Shown here: positions 20,339 through 30,835 of the stretch, piece after piece
How positions within the stretch are numbered: the stretch's first letter is position 1
Layout: the number at the start of each line of letters is the position of its first letter
DNA from: Actinobacillus sp.
GTDB lineage: Bacteria; Pseudomonadota; Gammaproteobacteria; Enterobacterales; Pasteurellaceae
Assembly: GCA_020026055.1 (NCBI GenBank)
Contig: JAHHRA010000005.1
Coordinates: forward strand, 9,097 to 73,096
Length of the DNA stretch: 64,000 nucleotides
Direction of reading: 5' to 3'
The notes under the pieces: generated by a model
The model's database searches: none
Seen by the model: the letters and a program-made list of their open reading frames with translations, nothing else
What the model was told of the DNA's origin: nothing
Position numbers and translations under genes: made by a program

Positions 20339-21631
20339 TTAATTCGTTAAATAAACTTTCTTGCTGATCACTATTTGTTGAACATAGCCAATAACAACTC
20401 CTAATAAGGCGAAAATAATCCAAACCATTTGTTCACGAATAGGGAAAATTTCAAGCCAAGTCATATACTGCTTAGCAATAACTAGCAACATTGATTCAAT
20501 TGTTACTAAAGCAACTGCCCAACGCAATGAAGCAAGTGGAAGTTTGACGCATAAATTCAACATTAACAACACAACTATAGTGATTGTAATTGGATAGAGA
20601 ATAATTAGTACTGGTAAAGAATACTCTATCACTGCTTTCAAGCCGATGTTAGCGATGAAAAAACTGATGACAGTAAAAATGACTAAATAAGTTTTATAAG
20701 AAATTTTTGGATAAATTTCATGGAAATATTCACTACTTGCAGTACCAATACCAATAGTAGTCGTAAGGCAGGCAAGGGTAACAATGATGCCAAGTAAAAC
20801 ACGTCCTGATTCACCAAACGCCATTACGGCAGCAGTATTTAAAATTTGTGGACCAATGCTTTGTTCACTATTCGATATTTCCACAGGTAAATGGTTGCCA
20901 AGCCAGCCAAGAGCAATATAGATCAAAGTTAAGAAAATAGATGCTACTATGCCAGCGTAAACGGTCTGTTTTGGGATAGATGTCCCTTTCGGACTCTTTT
21001 CTTGAATCGCCGTCAACACGACTAATGCAAACACGACTGAAGCTAATGCATCTAAAGTTGAATAGCCTTCTACCATTCCTTCAATGAAAGGGGCTTTAAT
21101 GGGAACATCGATTTCTACTGCAGGTGAACCATTGAGCAAACTATAAGATTTCACAATCAAAGCAACTAAGCCTATCAATAACGCAGGTGTTAGAATTTCC
21201 CCAACACGATCTACCATCTGGGCAGGATTGAGGCTAAGCCATAACGAGATCGCAAAATAGACAACGCAAAAGCCAAATTGCACCATCGTACTTGATGTAG
21301 AGAAGTAGGGTTCAATAGCGATTGAATAAGCCGTTGCAGCAGTGCGTGGTCCTCCAAAAAATGGTCCTATCGCCAAATAAATCGCAACTAAAAACCCCAA
21401 AGCAAAAACAGGGTGGATTTGTTTAAGAATATCTTTATACCCTCCTCGGTAAAAAGAACTGACACTAATTCCAATCAGAGGTAAACCAACTCCCGTTACG
21501 ACAAAACCTAAAATTGATGGCCAGAAATCCAGTCCAGATGCGGCACCAAGTTTTGGGGGAAAAATTAAGTTACCTGCTCCAAAAAAGATCGCAAATAACA
21601 TAAATCCGACAACAACTGTATGTTTATTCAT
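20339..21631 (-). CDS. brnQ: branched-chain amino acid transport system II carrier
   Basis: 430 aa. GFMLFAIFFGAGNLIFPPKLG is the BrnQ/LIVCS N-terminal signature. 12 TM segments. Confidence 0.93.
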   Translation of the reverse strand: MNKHTVVVGFMLFAIFFGAGNLIFPPKLGAASGLDFWPSILGFVVTGVGLPLIGISVSSFYRGGYKDILKQIHPVFALGFLVAIYLAIGPFFGGPRTAATAYSIAIEPYFSTSSTMVQFGFCVVYFAISLWLSLNPAQMVDRVGEILTPALLIGLVALIVKSYSLLNGSPAVEIDVPIKAPFIEGMVEGYSTLDALASVVFALVVLTAIQEKSPKGTSIPKQTVYAGIVASIFLTLIYIALGWLGNHLPVEISNSEQSIGPQILNTAAVMAFGESGRVLLGIIVTLACLTTTIGIGTASSEYFHEIYPKISYKTYLVIFTVISFFIANIGLKAVIEYSLPVLIILYPITITIVVLLMLNLCVKLPLASLRWAVALVTIESMLLVIAKQYMTWLEIFPIREQMVWIIFALLGVVIGYVQQIVISKKVYLTN

Positions 21632-21642
21632 TTAATTCCTTT

Positions 21643-23943
21643 TTATTGTTTATTTTTCCAATTTTTTAGGGCGTCAGCAAATGCATTATTTAGCCCAGCA
21701 GGTGGATTGGATTGATGAGATTTTGATTTTCTTGCACGCTCGTTTAATTTATCGTTACTTTTCGCATCTGTACGCATGCTCAGAGCAATACGTTTTCTTG
21801 GTATGTCCACTTCAAGCACGCTGACTTTTACGGTGTCGCCTGTTTTCACTATTTGATGCGGATCTTCAACGAAATGATCGGCTAAAGCTGAAATATGAAC
21901 TAAACCGTCTTGATGTACACCAATATCGACGAAAGCACCGAAGTTAGTCACATTAGTAACTGTACCTTCAAGTATCATTCCTTCTTTTAAATCAGAAATT
22001 TCGTTAACTCCATCCATGAAAGTCGCCGTTTTAAATGCACCACGTGGATCACGTCCTGGCTTTTCTAGTTCCTTGAAAATATCCAAAACTGTCGGTAACC
22101 CGAATTGACTATCAGTAAAGCTTTGAGCGTCAAGGGCTTTGAGTATGCTGATATTTCCCATAATGTCAAGAATAGATTGCTCACAACGTCGTAAAATTTT
22201 TTCTACAATTGGATAAGCTTCTGGATGTACTCCAGAAGCATCAAGAGGATTTTTGCCATCATTAATTCGCATAAACCCAGCACATTGTTCAAAAGCTTTT
22301 GCACCTAAACGCGGTACTTTTTTAAGTTGATCTCGGCTTTCAAATCGTCCATTTTCATCACGATAAGCGACAATATTTTGAGCTAAAGTTTTATTCATAC
22401 CCGCAACTTGAGCTAACAAAGGAGCAGAAGCTGTATTAAGATCAACTCCTACTGCATTTACACAGTCTTCAACTACACTCTCAAGTTTTTTTGCCAGCTG
22501 AGTTTGATTAACATCATGTTGATACTGTCCTACACCAATTGCTTTTGGATCAATTTTCACTAACTCTGCCAATGGGTCTTGTAAACGACGTGCAATTGAA
22601 ACTGCACCACGCAAAGCAACATCTATATTTGGAAACTCTTTAGCCGCTAGCTCTGATGCTGAATAAACAGATGCTCCTGCTTCGTTGACTACGACAATTT
22701 GTGGATTGTACCCTTCAAGCATTTTTACAACACTTTTAGCAAAACGTTCTGTTTCACGAGATGCAGTGCCGTTACCAATAGCGATCAATTCAACATTGTG
22801 TGTTTTAATCAAATTACTTAATGTTAACATTGCAACTTGTTCTTGCCCTGTATATGGGTAAATCGCATCTGTTGCTAACACTTTCCCTGTATTATCTACA
22901 ACAGCAACTTTCACGCCAGTACGAATACCTGGATCCAGCCCGATAGTGGTCTTTGCTCCTGCAGGTGCAGCCATTAATAAAGCTTTTAAATTAGTAGCAA
23001 ACACATCAATAGCTTCCATTTCGGCACGCTCTTTTAACGCTGCCATCAATTCCGTTTCTAAATGCAACGCAAGTTTAATTTTCCAAGTCCAACTAATCAC
23101 TTGTTTACGCCATTTGTCTTGTGCAGAATGTCCTAAAATAACGCCTAAATGTTGTTGGATCATTTCTTCGCAATAGCTTGCATTTGCTGAAACATCTTCA
23201 TTAGACGGTTCAATCTGCATTGCAAGGCTCAATATTCCCTCATTACGTCCTCGCAATAATGCTAAAGCACGGTGTGATGGGATATTTTTCCACCGTTCAT
23301 GATAGCTAAAATAATCACGAAATTTCTCGCCTTGTTCTTCTTTTCCAGCAATCACATTTGCACTAATATCAGCATTTTTTTGCAAAAAATGGCGTAATTT
23401 CGCGATTAATTCTGCTTCTTCAGCAAAACGTTCCATTAAGATATAACGAGCACCATCAAGGGCTTCTTTAATAGTTGCAACATTTTCATTGAGAAAAGTT
23501 TGAGCAAAGCTTTCAGGGTCAAGATCTTTTTCAAACCAAAGCCGCTCAGCTAAAGGTTCTAAGCCATTTTCAATTGCAATTTGTCCCTTAGTGCGACGCT
23601 TTGGTTTGTATGGCAAATACAGATCTTCTAATGCTGTTTTACTCTCGCATCGGAAAATTTTTTCCGATAATTCTGGCGTGAGCTTCCCTTGTTCTTCTAT
23701 TGATCGCAAAATAGTTTGGCGACGTTCATCAAGCTCCCTGAGATAGCTTAAACGAGTTTCAAAATGCCGCAATTGGCTATCATCAAGTCCACCTGTCGCT
23801 TCTTTACGATAACGAGCAATGAATGGAATAGTGTTGCCATCTTCAAGCAGTGTCATTGCGGCTAAAATTTGATTGGGGTTAACTGCTAATTCTTTGGCAA
23901 TAATTTGAGCAAAAATTGAATTGTTAGAATTTGAATTTAACAT
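21643..23943 (-). CDS. tex: transcription accessory protein Tex (S1 RNA-binding)
   Basis: 766 aa. [16 protein letters not shown], a YqgF-like region [16 protein letters not shown], HhH, and a C-terminal S1 domain [26 protein letters not shown]. The last ~10 codons overlap a repeat half copy. Confidence 0.96.
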   Translation of the reverse strand: MLNSNSNNSIFAQIIAKELAVNPNQILAAMTLLEDGNTIPFIARYRKEATGGLDDSQLRHFETRLSYLRELDERRQTILRSIEEQGKLTPELSEKIFRCESKTALEDLYLPYKPKRRTKGQIAIENGLEPLAERLWFEKDLDPESFAQTFLNENVATIKEALDGARYILMERFAEEAELIAKLRHFLQKNADISANVIAGKEEQGEKFRDYFSYHERWKNIPSHRALALLRGRNEGILSLAMQIEPSNEDVSANASYCEEMIQQHLGVILGHSAQDKWRKQVISWTWKIKLALHLETELMAALKERAEMEAIDVFATNLKALLMAAPAGAKTTIGLDPGIRTGVKVAVVDNTGKVLATDAIYPYTGQEQVAMLTLSNLIKTHNVELIAIGNGTASRETERFAKSVVKMLEGYNPQIVVVNEAGASVYSASELAAKEFPNIDVALRGAVSIARRLQDPLAELVKIDPKAIGVGQYQHDVNQTQLAKKLESVVEDCVNAVGVDLNTASAPLLAQVAGMNKTLAQNIVAYRDENGRFESRDQLKKVPRLGAKAFEQCAGFMRINDGKNPLDASGVHPEAYPIVEKILRRCEQSILDIMGNISILKALDAQSFTDSQFGLPTVLDIFKELEKPGRDPRGAFKTATFMDGVNEISDLKEGMILEGTVTNVTNFGAFVDIGVHQDGLVHISALADHFVEDPHQIVKTGDTVKVSVLEVDIPRKRIALSMRTDAKSNDKLNERARKSKSHQSNPPAGLNNAFADALKNWKNKQ
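21652..21674. repeat. palindromic repeat, truncated half copy overlapping the tex 3' end
   Basis: ATTTTTCCAATTTTTTAGGGCGT is nearly identical to the right half of the copy at 53984-54024 (AAATTTTTCCAATTTTAGGGGCGT). On the minus strand it encodes tex codons DALKNWKN. Confidence 0.7.
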
Positions 23944-24018
23944 TGTTTCACTTAGATCAGGAAAAATTTAAAGGACTATGATATCATCTTCACCCTTGTT
24001 TTTTAATGATTAATTTGT

Positions 24019-24504
24019 ATGACAAAAGCAAACTACATTACTAGAACAGGCTACAACAACCTTAACCAAGAACTTAAATACCTTTGGAAAGAAGAGCGCC
24101 CAAGGATCACTCAAAGCGTTTCCGAGGCTGCAGCCCTTGGTGATCGCAGTGAAAATGCAGAATATATCTACGGTAAACGTCGTTTACGTGAAATAGATCG
24201 ACGCGTTCGTTTTTTAAGCAAACGTCTTGAAGTACTCACTATCGTGGATTATCATCCTGCTCAAGAAGGTAAGGTTTTTTTCGGTGCTTGGGTCTGCCTT
24301 GAAGATGAAAATGGTAAACAAAAGCAATATCGTATCGTCGGTAGTGACGAATTTGACCCTGCTAAAAATTGGATCTCGATCGATAGTCCTGTCGCACGTG
24401 CTTTAATCGGAAAAGAAGTTGACGCTGAAGTAAAAGTGAAAACTCCAAACGGCTTGACTACTTTTTACATCAATAAAATTTGGTACAAAACTTCAGAGGA
24501 TTAA
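24019..24504 (+). CDS. greB: transcription elongation factor GreB
   Basis: 161 aa. ITRTGYNNLNQELKYLWKEERPRITQSVSEAAALGDRSENAEY, and a C-terminal FKBP-like domain SIDSPVARALIGKEVD. Confidence 0.9.
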   Translation: MTKANYITRTGYNNLNQELKYLWKEERPRITQSVSEAAALGDRSENAEYIYGKRRLREIDRRVRFLSKRLEVLTIVDYHPAQEGKVFFGAWVCLEDENGKQKQYRIVGSDEFDPAKNWISIDSPVARALIGKEVDAEVKVKTPNGLTTFYINKIWYKTSED

Positions 24505-24506
24505 TC

Positions 24507-25283
24507 GTGCAAACTATAGATAAACATCAACGAGATATCACTAAAATCTGTGTCCGCACCGCATTATTACTGCTCCAATACGGCACGGAAAGTGCCTTAA
24601 TCGTCCAGCTCACTAAGCGGTTAGGTATCGCATTGGGGATGGAGAAAGTAGAATGTGCGATCACGCCCAATTCCATCATTCTTACAACTATTATTGATGG
24701 TAAATGTATGACTACAGTTCGTAACAATCCTGGCATGATGATCAATATGCATGTGGTTACTGAAGTTCAGCACGTTGTGATTTTGACTGAACAACATTTG
24801 TATAATTGGGAGATGGTACGTGATCAACTTGATAAAATTCACCCAGAGCATTATAACCGTTATCTAGTCATATTGATGGTCGGATTGTCTTGTGCCGCAT
24901 TTGCACATTTGGCAGGTGGCGACTGGACGATTTCATTAGTCACTTTCTTTGCCTCTGCTATTGGCATGTTTGTGCGTCAAACTATTGCTAGCCGTCATTT
25001 CAACCATATCATCGTCTTTTCAATCACTGCTTTTATTACTTCTTTAATTGCAGGCATAGCATTAAAATTCAATCTCGGTAATGACCCACAAATCGCAATG
25101 GCATCAAGCGTGTTATTGCTTGTTCCTGGCTTTCCACTAGTCAATTCATTTTCTGATATTCTCAAAGGTTACGTCAGTATGGGGATTGGACGTTGGTGCG
25201 TAGCGACAATTCTAACTTTTGGTGCCTGTATGGGCATTGTGATGGCATTAAGCTTATTAAACGTTAGTAACTGGGGAGTTTGA
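24507..25283 (+). CDS. threonine/serine exporter family protein (ThrE N-type, YjjP-like)
   Basis: About 258 aa. A soluble N-domain is followed by TM helices, and the gene is paired with a YjjB-like gene. I prefer the GTG at 24507 (GAGGA RBS, after the greB stop) to the TTG at 24480, which overlaps greB. Confidence 0.78.
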   Translation: MQTIDKHQRDITKICVRTALLLLQYGTESALIVQLTKRLGIALGMEKVECAITPNSIILTTIIDGKCMTTVRNNPGMMINMHVVTEVQHVVILTEQHLYNWEMVRDQLDKIHPEHYNRYLVILMVGLSCAAFAHLAGGDWTISLVTFFASAIGMFVRQTIASRHFNHIIVFSITAFITSLIAGIALKFNLGNDPQIAMASSVLLLVPGFPLVNSFSDILKGYVSMGIGRWCVATILTFGACMGIVMALSLLNVSNWGV

Positions 25284-25750
25284 TGATGGATTTTATTTTA
25301 CATTTATTTGATGATATGTTATTCGCAACGCTTCCTGCCATTGGCTTCGCTTTAATGTTTAACGTACCTAAACGGGCTTTGAAATACTGTGCTTTTTTAT
25401 CCGCATTAGGACATGGCGTACGAACCGTTCTTATTCAATTTGATTTCCCACTTGCCCTTGCTACTTTTTTTGGAGCGACAGTCATAGGCTTTCTGGGGGT
25501 CTACCTTTCTCATCGCTACCTCGCTCACCCAAAAGTCTTCACTGTCGCAGCTATCGTGCCAATGATCCCTGGCGTTTATGCTTATAAGGCGATGATCGCA
25601 ATGGTAGAAATCAATCACTATGGCTACAGCCCAGAACGCCTCCAAAACTTTGTCAACAACTTCATTACGACGACTTTTGTTATTGGTGCATTATCATTCG
25701 GTTTGGCATTACCAGGGATGTTATTTTATCGACATAAACCTGTGGTATAA
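25280..25750 (+). CDS. threonine/serine exporter family protein (YjjB-like)
   Basis: 156 aa, 4-5 TM segments, with an ATGA-type overlap with the preceding gene. This is the typical two-gene ThrE arrangement. Confidence 0.78.
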   Translation: MMMDFILHLFDDMLFATLPAIGFALMFNVPKRALKYCAFLSALGHGVRTVLIQFDFPLALATFFGATVIGFLGVYLSHRYLAHPKVFTVAAIVPMIPGVYAYKAMIAMVEINHYGYSPERLQNFVNNFITTTFVIGALSFGLALPGMLFYRHKPVV

Positions 25751-25807
25751 CTCGTTAAATTTTAGTCTGTGATTTCAAAAATTTTTTCAATCTTGAAAGT
25801 ATACTAA

Positions 25808-25845
25808 GCCGCCAAAATCAGAAAATTTTTCCTATTTTGAGGGCG
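25808..25845. repeat. palindromic repeat, full but imperfect copy
   Basis: GCCGCCAAAATC-AGAAAATTTTTCC-TATTTTGAGGGCG. The centre is intact and the arms carry 2 mismatches. It lies between the co-directional yjjB-like gene and folA. Confidence 0.75.
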
Positions 25846-25868
25846 AGATAAAGTACTTAAGGAAAATA

Positions 25869-26402
25869 ATGTTTAAACATCAAAATATTAAACTAAGTAT
25901 TATCGTAGCGATGAGCAAAAATTTAGTGATTGGACAGGGTAATAAATTACCTTGGCATTTGCCAGCAGATTTTGCTTGGTTTAAAAAACATACACAGGGC
26001 AAACCTGTAGTAATGGGAAGGAAGACTTTTGAGAGTATCGGCAAGCCACTTGCGAATCGCACGAATATTGTGTTATCACGTACGCCATTTGAAGTCGAAG
26101 GAGTAATGTGGGCAAATTGTTTAGAACAAGCAGTAAAGATAGCTATCCAACTCTCAAGTGCTACAGAAATTATGTTGATCGGTGGCGCAGAAGTTTATCA
26201 ACATTATCTGAACTGGGTTGATCGAATTTATTTAACTGAAATACAAGCTGAAATTGCGGGCGATAGTTTTTTCCCTAAATTGAATTTAAGTGAATGGCAA
26301 ATAAAAGAAGATCTATTTCGCCCTAAAGATGAAAAAAACCCTTACGATTTACACTTTTCTATCTTAGATCGGCTGAGATCTGATTCTATCAATAGTGAAT
26401 AA
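25869..26402 (+). CDS. folA: dihydrofolate reductase
   Basis: 177 aa. LSIIVAMSKNLVIGQGNKLPWHLPADFAWFKKHTQGKPVVMGRKTFESIG, IMLIGGAEVY. Confidence 0.92.
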   Translation: MFKHQNIKLSIIVAMSKNLVIGQGNKLPWHLPADFAWFKKHTQGKPVVMGRKTFESIGKPLANRTNIVLSRTPFEVEGVMWANCLEQAVKIAIQLSSATEIMLIGGAEVYQHYLNWVDRIYLTEIQAEIAGDSFFPKLNLSEWQIKEDLFRPKDEKNPYDLHFSILDRLRSDSINSE

Positions 26403-26461
26403 GAAAGAGAATTTATCAATATTTGATCAATTGAACAGATTATTCCTTGATATAGAAACTC

Positions 26462-27481
26462 CTAAGATTCACTTTTACGTTCTCGACCAAGCAAATCTAA
26501 TACGACATCTTTCGTGTCTTTACCACAGAATAAGACTTGATAAATCTGTTCAGTAATTGGCATTTCTACACCTTGTCGTTGAGCAAGTTTAAAGACTTCT
26601 TGAGTATTATGGTATCCTTCTACTACTTGCCCAATTTCTTTCATTGCATCATATGCAGACATCCCTTGTCCTAACATAATACCAAATCGACGATTACGCG
26701 ACTGATTATCAGTGCAAGTTAGTACGAGATCACCCAATCCAGACATCCCTGTAAAAGTTTCTGGTTTAGCATTCAAACTCACGCCTAAACGACTAATTTC
26801 TGCTAACCCTCGAGTAATTAACGCAGTTCTTGCATTTGCACCAAAACCCATACCATCCGAAATTCCTGTGCTAATTGCAATAATATTTTTAATTGCTCCG
26901 CCTATTTGTACACCAATAACATCATCATTAATGTATACTCGAAGACTTCTGCTGCAGTGAATTCTCGCCTGTAATTCTTTAGCAAATTCTTGATCTTTAG
27001 AGGCAAGTGTAATGGCAGTTGGTAAACCTGTTGCGAGCTCTTTTGCAAAAGTTGGTCCAGATAAAACAGCGAAAGGATAATTTTTACCTAGTTCATCTTC
27101 TATGACTTCTTGTAACAGGCGTCCAGTATTAGTTTCTAGTCCTTTGCTTGCAAGTATAATACGGTTATCGGAATGTAAATAACATCTTATTTTTTTTATC
27201 AACTCGACAACAGCATGACTTGGAACAACAACAAAAATGTCTCGAGATCGAGTAATGACTGTTTCTAAATCTGACTCTACAGTTAATGCAAATGGAAAAG
27301 GAATATCAGGTAAATAGGCTTGATTTTGTCGTTCAATTTGTAGCTGTTTACAATGTTCTACATTATGTCCCCAAAGATAAGTAGGATCTCCATTTCTTGC
27401 AAATGCAACAGCCAATGATGATCCAAATGAGCCTGCACCGAGAACAGCAATACGATTTTGAGTAAACGAAGTCGCCGTCAT
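26462..27481 (-). CDS. gpsA: NAD(P)H-dependent glycerol-3-phosphate dehydrogenase
   Basis: [14 protein letters not shown] Rossmann motif, [14 protein letters not shown] chose the ATG at 27481 (MTATSF...). The GTG at 27490 in the track is an alternative. Confidence 0.95.
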   Translation of the reverse strand: MTATSFTQNRIAVLGAGSFGSSLAVAFARNGDPTYLWGHNVEHCKQLQIERQNQAYLPDIPFPFALTVESDLETVITRSRDIFVVVPSHAVVELIKKIRCYLHSDNRIILASKGLETNTGRLLQEVIEDELGKNYPFAVLSGPTFAKELATGLPTAITLASKDQEFAKELQARIHCSRSLRVYINDDVIGVQIGGAIKNIIAISTGISDGMGFGANARTALITRGLAEISRLGVSLNAKPETFTGMSGLGDLVLTCTDNQSRNRRFGIMLGQGMSAYDAMKEIGQVVEGYHNTQEVFKLAQRQGVEMPITEQIYQVLFCGKDTKDVVLDLLGRERKSES

Positions 27482-27529
27482 GTTCACCACTTCTTTCTTT
27501 AAAAGTAAATTTTAATCGTGAGTATCAAA

Positions 27530-27564
27530 ATATAAAATAGGGAAATCCTTGTTAGGATTTCCCT
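27530..27564 (-). terminator. intrinsic terminator after secB
   Basis: On the minus strand: AGGGAAATCCT-AACA-AGGATTTCCCT followed by ATTTTATATTTT. Confidence 0.75.
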
Positions 27565-27578
27565 ATTCTTCTTTCATA

Positions 27579-28100
27579 TTAATGCGTAGTTTTATCTTTT
27601 GAATCACTTTCTTGTTTTTCTAACTCCGCTTGTTGACGTTGAATATAATCTATAAACAACGCATCAAAATTAATTGGATTTAAATTTAATGCAGGGAAAG
27701 TACCTCGATTTACAAGACTTGCTATGATTTCTCTTGCATACGGATAAAGTATACTTGGACATTGCGAAGTTAGGCAATGAGTCATTTGCATATCGTCTAA
27801 ACCACTAATCGCAAATATACCTGCTTGTTTTACTTCACAAATAAAAGCTGTATCGTTACTCTCTTCTAGCGTCGTTTCAACTGAAATATTTAAACAAATT
27901 TCATAAAGATCGCCTTCTAATTGAGTCGTTTCAGTATTTAAGTCAAAACTTAATTTTGGTTTCCATTCTTGTTTAAAAATGTGCGGAAGATTAGGAGCTT
28001 CAAATGAGATATCTTTTACATAAATACGTTGAATATCTAAAACAGGTTGTGTTGTTTGAGCCTCATCTGTAGCTGTATTATTTTTGACTTCATTAGTCAT
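27579..28100 (-). CDS. secB: protein-export chaperone SecB
   Basis: 173 aa. IQRIYVKDISFEAPN, CPSILYPYAREIIASLVNRGTFPALNLNPINFDALF. Confidence 0.96.
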   Translation of the reverse strand: MTNEVKNNTATDEAQTTQPVLDIQRIYVKDISFEAPNLPHIFKQEWKPKLSFDLNTETTQLEGDLYEICLNISVETTLEESNDTAFICEVKQAGIFAISGLDDMQMTHCLTSQCPSILYPYAREIIASLVNRGTFPALNLNPINFDALFIDYIQRQQAELEKQESDSKDKTTH

Positions 28101-28123
28101 ATATTTTTCCTCAAATTATTTAG

Positions 28124-28588
28124 TTATTTTTTTACTAAAGGCAAATTAGCAGCATTCCAACCACTAATACCCTCTTTTAAAACATATACATCTTTAAAGC
28201 CAAGTTTGATTAATGTTTCAGCTGATTTAGTAACATTAATTCCCCCCATCCCCAGTTGATCTACAATAGTGACTGGAATAGTTTTGTACTTGTCTAAGTT
28301 TGTAAGATTATTTTCTTTAATTTCTTGTGGAAGTACATTTACACTTCCAATAATGTGCCCACGTCGAAATTCTTCAAGTGGCCTTAAATCAAAAAGCACT
28401 GCGTCATTATTGTTCATTAAACGAATAGCGTCATTATTCTCAATAACTTTGAATTTACGTGTACCATCTTTATAAAAAAAGTAAATTGTCATCACGAATA
28501 AAACAACCCACGCAATAATCAGAAAGTTATGATTTTTTGAAAACTCAACAAATTGCAGTAAAAATTCTTGAAAGTTAAATCCTTGCAT
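28124..28588 (-). CDS. yibN: rhodanese-like domain membrane protein (YibN family)
   Basis: 154 aa. An N-terminal TM segment is followed by a rhodanese fold (AVLFDLRPLEEFRRGHIIGSVNV...VLKEGISGWNAANLPLVKK). It lies upstream of secB-gpsA as in E. coli. Confidence 0.82.
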   Translation of the reverse strand: MQGFNFQEFLLQFVEFSKNHNFLIIAWVVLFVMTIYFFYKDGTRKFKVIENNDAIRLMNNNDAVLFDLRPLEEFRRGHIIGSVNVLPQEIKENNLTNLDKYKTIPVTIVDQLGMGGINVTKSAETLIKLGFKDVYVLKEGISGWNAANLPLVKK

Positions 28589-28702
28589 AATTTTCTCAAT
28601 AAAACAAAATAGAGCATCAGTATACCTGTTATTCGATAATATTTAAAGTTATCAGATATTATTTACTATTCTCCTGAAATTAATGTTCATTACTTTTGAA
28701 AA

Positions 28703-30511
28703 CTAATAAGCCCAAAAATCGCTATTGTCTTTATAGACTTCCAAAAATAATCCCAGTGGCGGTCTTGAAGAAAATATTTGCTCACCATTTGCATCGAATT
28801 TTTCGTAGTCTCCCTTACGACTAAGATGATATTGCACATCATCAGGCGTAATGATGATATTCCATTTTTGATTACCTGTTTGAATCCAATCCCGATCTTT
28901 TTCTAAATCAAATAAATCTTGTCCTTGAGAATAATCAGAAATAGGGTTTTTTACATTAAAAATATGTTTCAACAAGGCTGGAACAAGATCTAAATGGCTA
29001 CTTAATTTATCTACTTTGACCGCAGGTAAATTTTTCCAAAAAATATACATTGGTACTTCAATCCGAGATCGCACAAAACCATTCACTGTGTTAGACATCT
29101 TTTTGTCAAACTCATATCCTGTTGTGGCAGTTAAAATTACTAGCGTATTATCCCAGTCAATTTGAGCAAAAATATGAGCTAATTCTTTATCAAATTGAAT
29201 AATCTGTTGTTGATATGTTTGTTTTGAGAGTCCAAGTGGAATAATCTTGTCAATAAAGACAAACGCTGGAAATTTAGAAATATTTTTCTGACAAAACATT
29301 GTCTTTTTGGCTATTGGTTCTGTTGATGGGACATAAGCTTGGACAAAATGCTTTGGTATTTCACGAGTGATTTGAAGACGCGATTGTTCACAATTCACAA
29401 AACCAAATTGACGATAAATCATTTCTGGGAAAAGCATTTGTTGCTTAATTCTATACTGATTGCTGTAGCAATAGCATTGTTGGTAATGATATTTAGCTAA
29501 CGTCCTCAACAAAAGAGGAGGTAATTTTTGTTGAGTAACACTATCAATATATTCTGGCAACAAACCATAAAACAAGCTAAATTTCCCAGCACTTTCATTA
29601 TTACTCGTACTATACTGATGCTCAAATTGAGTTGCTTTTGGTAAAAAAGCAGTCAAATTTGGCATTAAGTTTGGCGTCACACTGTCTTTTCGCCAACCTG
29701 TTAAATTGATCAAAACAATATTCGGCATAGTTGAAGGTGTTCCAAATTGTAAGGTCTGTTTTGGGTAATTAATTTTCAAAGCATCTGCTCGTCCTTCTGC
29801 CTTAACTTTGGCTAATAATTTTTCTTTGTTTAAAAATCCATGACGTTCTAAGAAACTACGTGCGGTCATTGGATAAGAAAATGGTAAATTAGATTTTTGC
29901 ATCGTAATTGGTCGATATAACACAGCATCTGCCCACGCATACATAACATGCATAGCAATAAAAGAGAGTAGATAAAAAATACCAATATATTTAAGCCATT
30001 TTTGACGTTCAAGACTACGTAATTTTTGCCAAGACCAACGAGAATAAATCATTTGCATCAATAACATTAATGGCATGGGTGTAAAAAACAATTGCCATTG
30101 ACGTGCTAATTCACCATTTTCTGGGTTAACTAGCAGATTCCAAACAAGATTTGAGAGATGAAAATGGAAGCTGGCAAAAATTTCAGTATCGACCAAAATT
30201 AAACTGATACCTATAGTTGCCAAAATAACGGAAATTCCTCGATAAGTCCGTTCATTTTTGATAATAAAACTCAGAGGAAATAATAAAAGCAGATAAAATG
30301 CAAAGACAATAAAACTGAAATGTCCAATTAGGCTGATAAAAAAGTAAATTTTTCCTAGTAAAGTATCAGGCCAATCAATTAAAAAAGCATAGCGCAAACC
30401 AATAATAATTAACCAGAGACTATTAAAGAAAACAAACCAATGTCCCCAGCTAATTTTTTTGGAAGTCAACTCTATATATTGTCTGCGATTTATACACCCA
30501 AACATGCTCAT
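28703..30511 (-). CDS. yejM: LPS homeostasis inner-membrane protein YejM/PbgA/LapC (DUF3413 plus sulfatase-like domain)
   Basis: 602 aa. KKISWGHWFVFFNSLWLIIIGLRY matches the YejM N-terminus. 5 TM segments plus a periplasmic sulfatase-like domain. Its start overlaps the stop of the upstream yejL (ATGA). Confidence 0.85.
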   Translation of the reverse strand: MSMFGCINRRQYIELTSKKISWGHWFVFFNSLWLIIIGLRYAFLIDWPDTLLGKIYFFISLIGHFSFIVFAFYLLLLFPLSFIIKNERTYRGISVILATIGISLILVDTEIFASFHFHLSNLVWNLLVNPENGELARQWQLFFTPMPLMLLMQMIYSRWSWQKLRSLERQKWLKYIGIFYLLSFIAMHVMYAWADAVLYRPITMQKSNLPFSYPMTARSFLERHGFLNKEKLLAKVKAEGRADALKINYPKQTLQFGTPSTMPNIVLINLTGWRKDSVTPNLMPNLTAFLPKATQFEHQYSTSNNESAGKFSLFYGLLPEYIDSVTQQKLPPLLLRTLAKYHYQQCYCYSNQYRIKQQMLFPEMIYRQFGFVNCEQSRLQITREIPKHFVQAYVPSTEPIAKKTMFCQKNISKFPAFVFIDKIIPLGLSKQTYQQQIIQFDKELAHIFAQIDWDNTLVILTATTGYEFDKKMSNTVNGFVRSRIEVPMYIFWKNLPAVKVDKLSSHLDLVPALLKHIFNVKNPISDYSQGQDLFDLEKDRDWIQTGNQKWNIIITPDDVQYHLSRKGDYEKFDANGEQIFSSRPPLGLFLEVYKDNSDFWAY

Positions 30512-30729
30512 TTTTCCATAGCAATAGATTGTGTTAGTGCATCTGAAAATGCTTGTGCTAAAACTTTACGTTGTTGCTTTCCTACATTGTTATTTAATAA
30601 ACGAGTTACCATATTTCCGAGTACAATCAATGATAAATCAGTTGTAGCTTGATGTCTTTCTAATACTGTCACTATATCGTTTAAAATTACGTTTACTTGG
30701 TTATCTTTAAATTTTGACTGTTTTATCAT
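30508..30729 (-). CDS. yejL: YejL family (UPF0352/DUF1414) protein
   Basis: 73 aa. It sits between yejM and the divergent yejK, as in enterics. Confidence 0.8.
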   Translation of the reverse strand: MIKQSKFKDNQVNVILNDIVTVLERHQATTDLSLIVLGNMVTRLLNNNVGKQQRKVLAQAFSDALTQSIAMEK

Positions 30730-30835
30730 ATATTCCCTTCTTAAACATTATCTATAAAATTACTCACCTAATACTAGCATATTTTATGAAAAATGCGGTT
30801 ATAATAAACTGATTTCCATTAACACAAGGATTTTA

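Noticed and set aside
23376-23389. A perfect 14-bp palindrome TTTTTTGCAAAAAA inside tex.
   Set aside because: It is a single occurrence within conserved coding sequence of an AT-rich genome, with no partner sites or associated features. It is probably chance.
23651-23680. CGGAAAATTTTTTCCGATAATTCTGGCGTG inside tex looks like a repeat half copy (centre plus GGCGTG end). It briefly suggested a USS-like motif that accumulates in coding DNA.
   Set aside because: On the coding strand it reads [11 protein letters not shown] in a region that aligns without indels to Tex as I remember it. The centre arises naturally from E-K-I-F codons (GAA AAA ATT TTC) in an AT-rich genome. Other coding hits to the centre (22189-22203, 29025-29040, 55063-55090) lack proper arms. 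I treat these as chance until a genome-wide count says otherwise.
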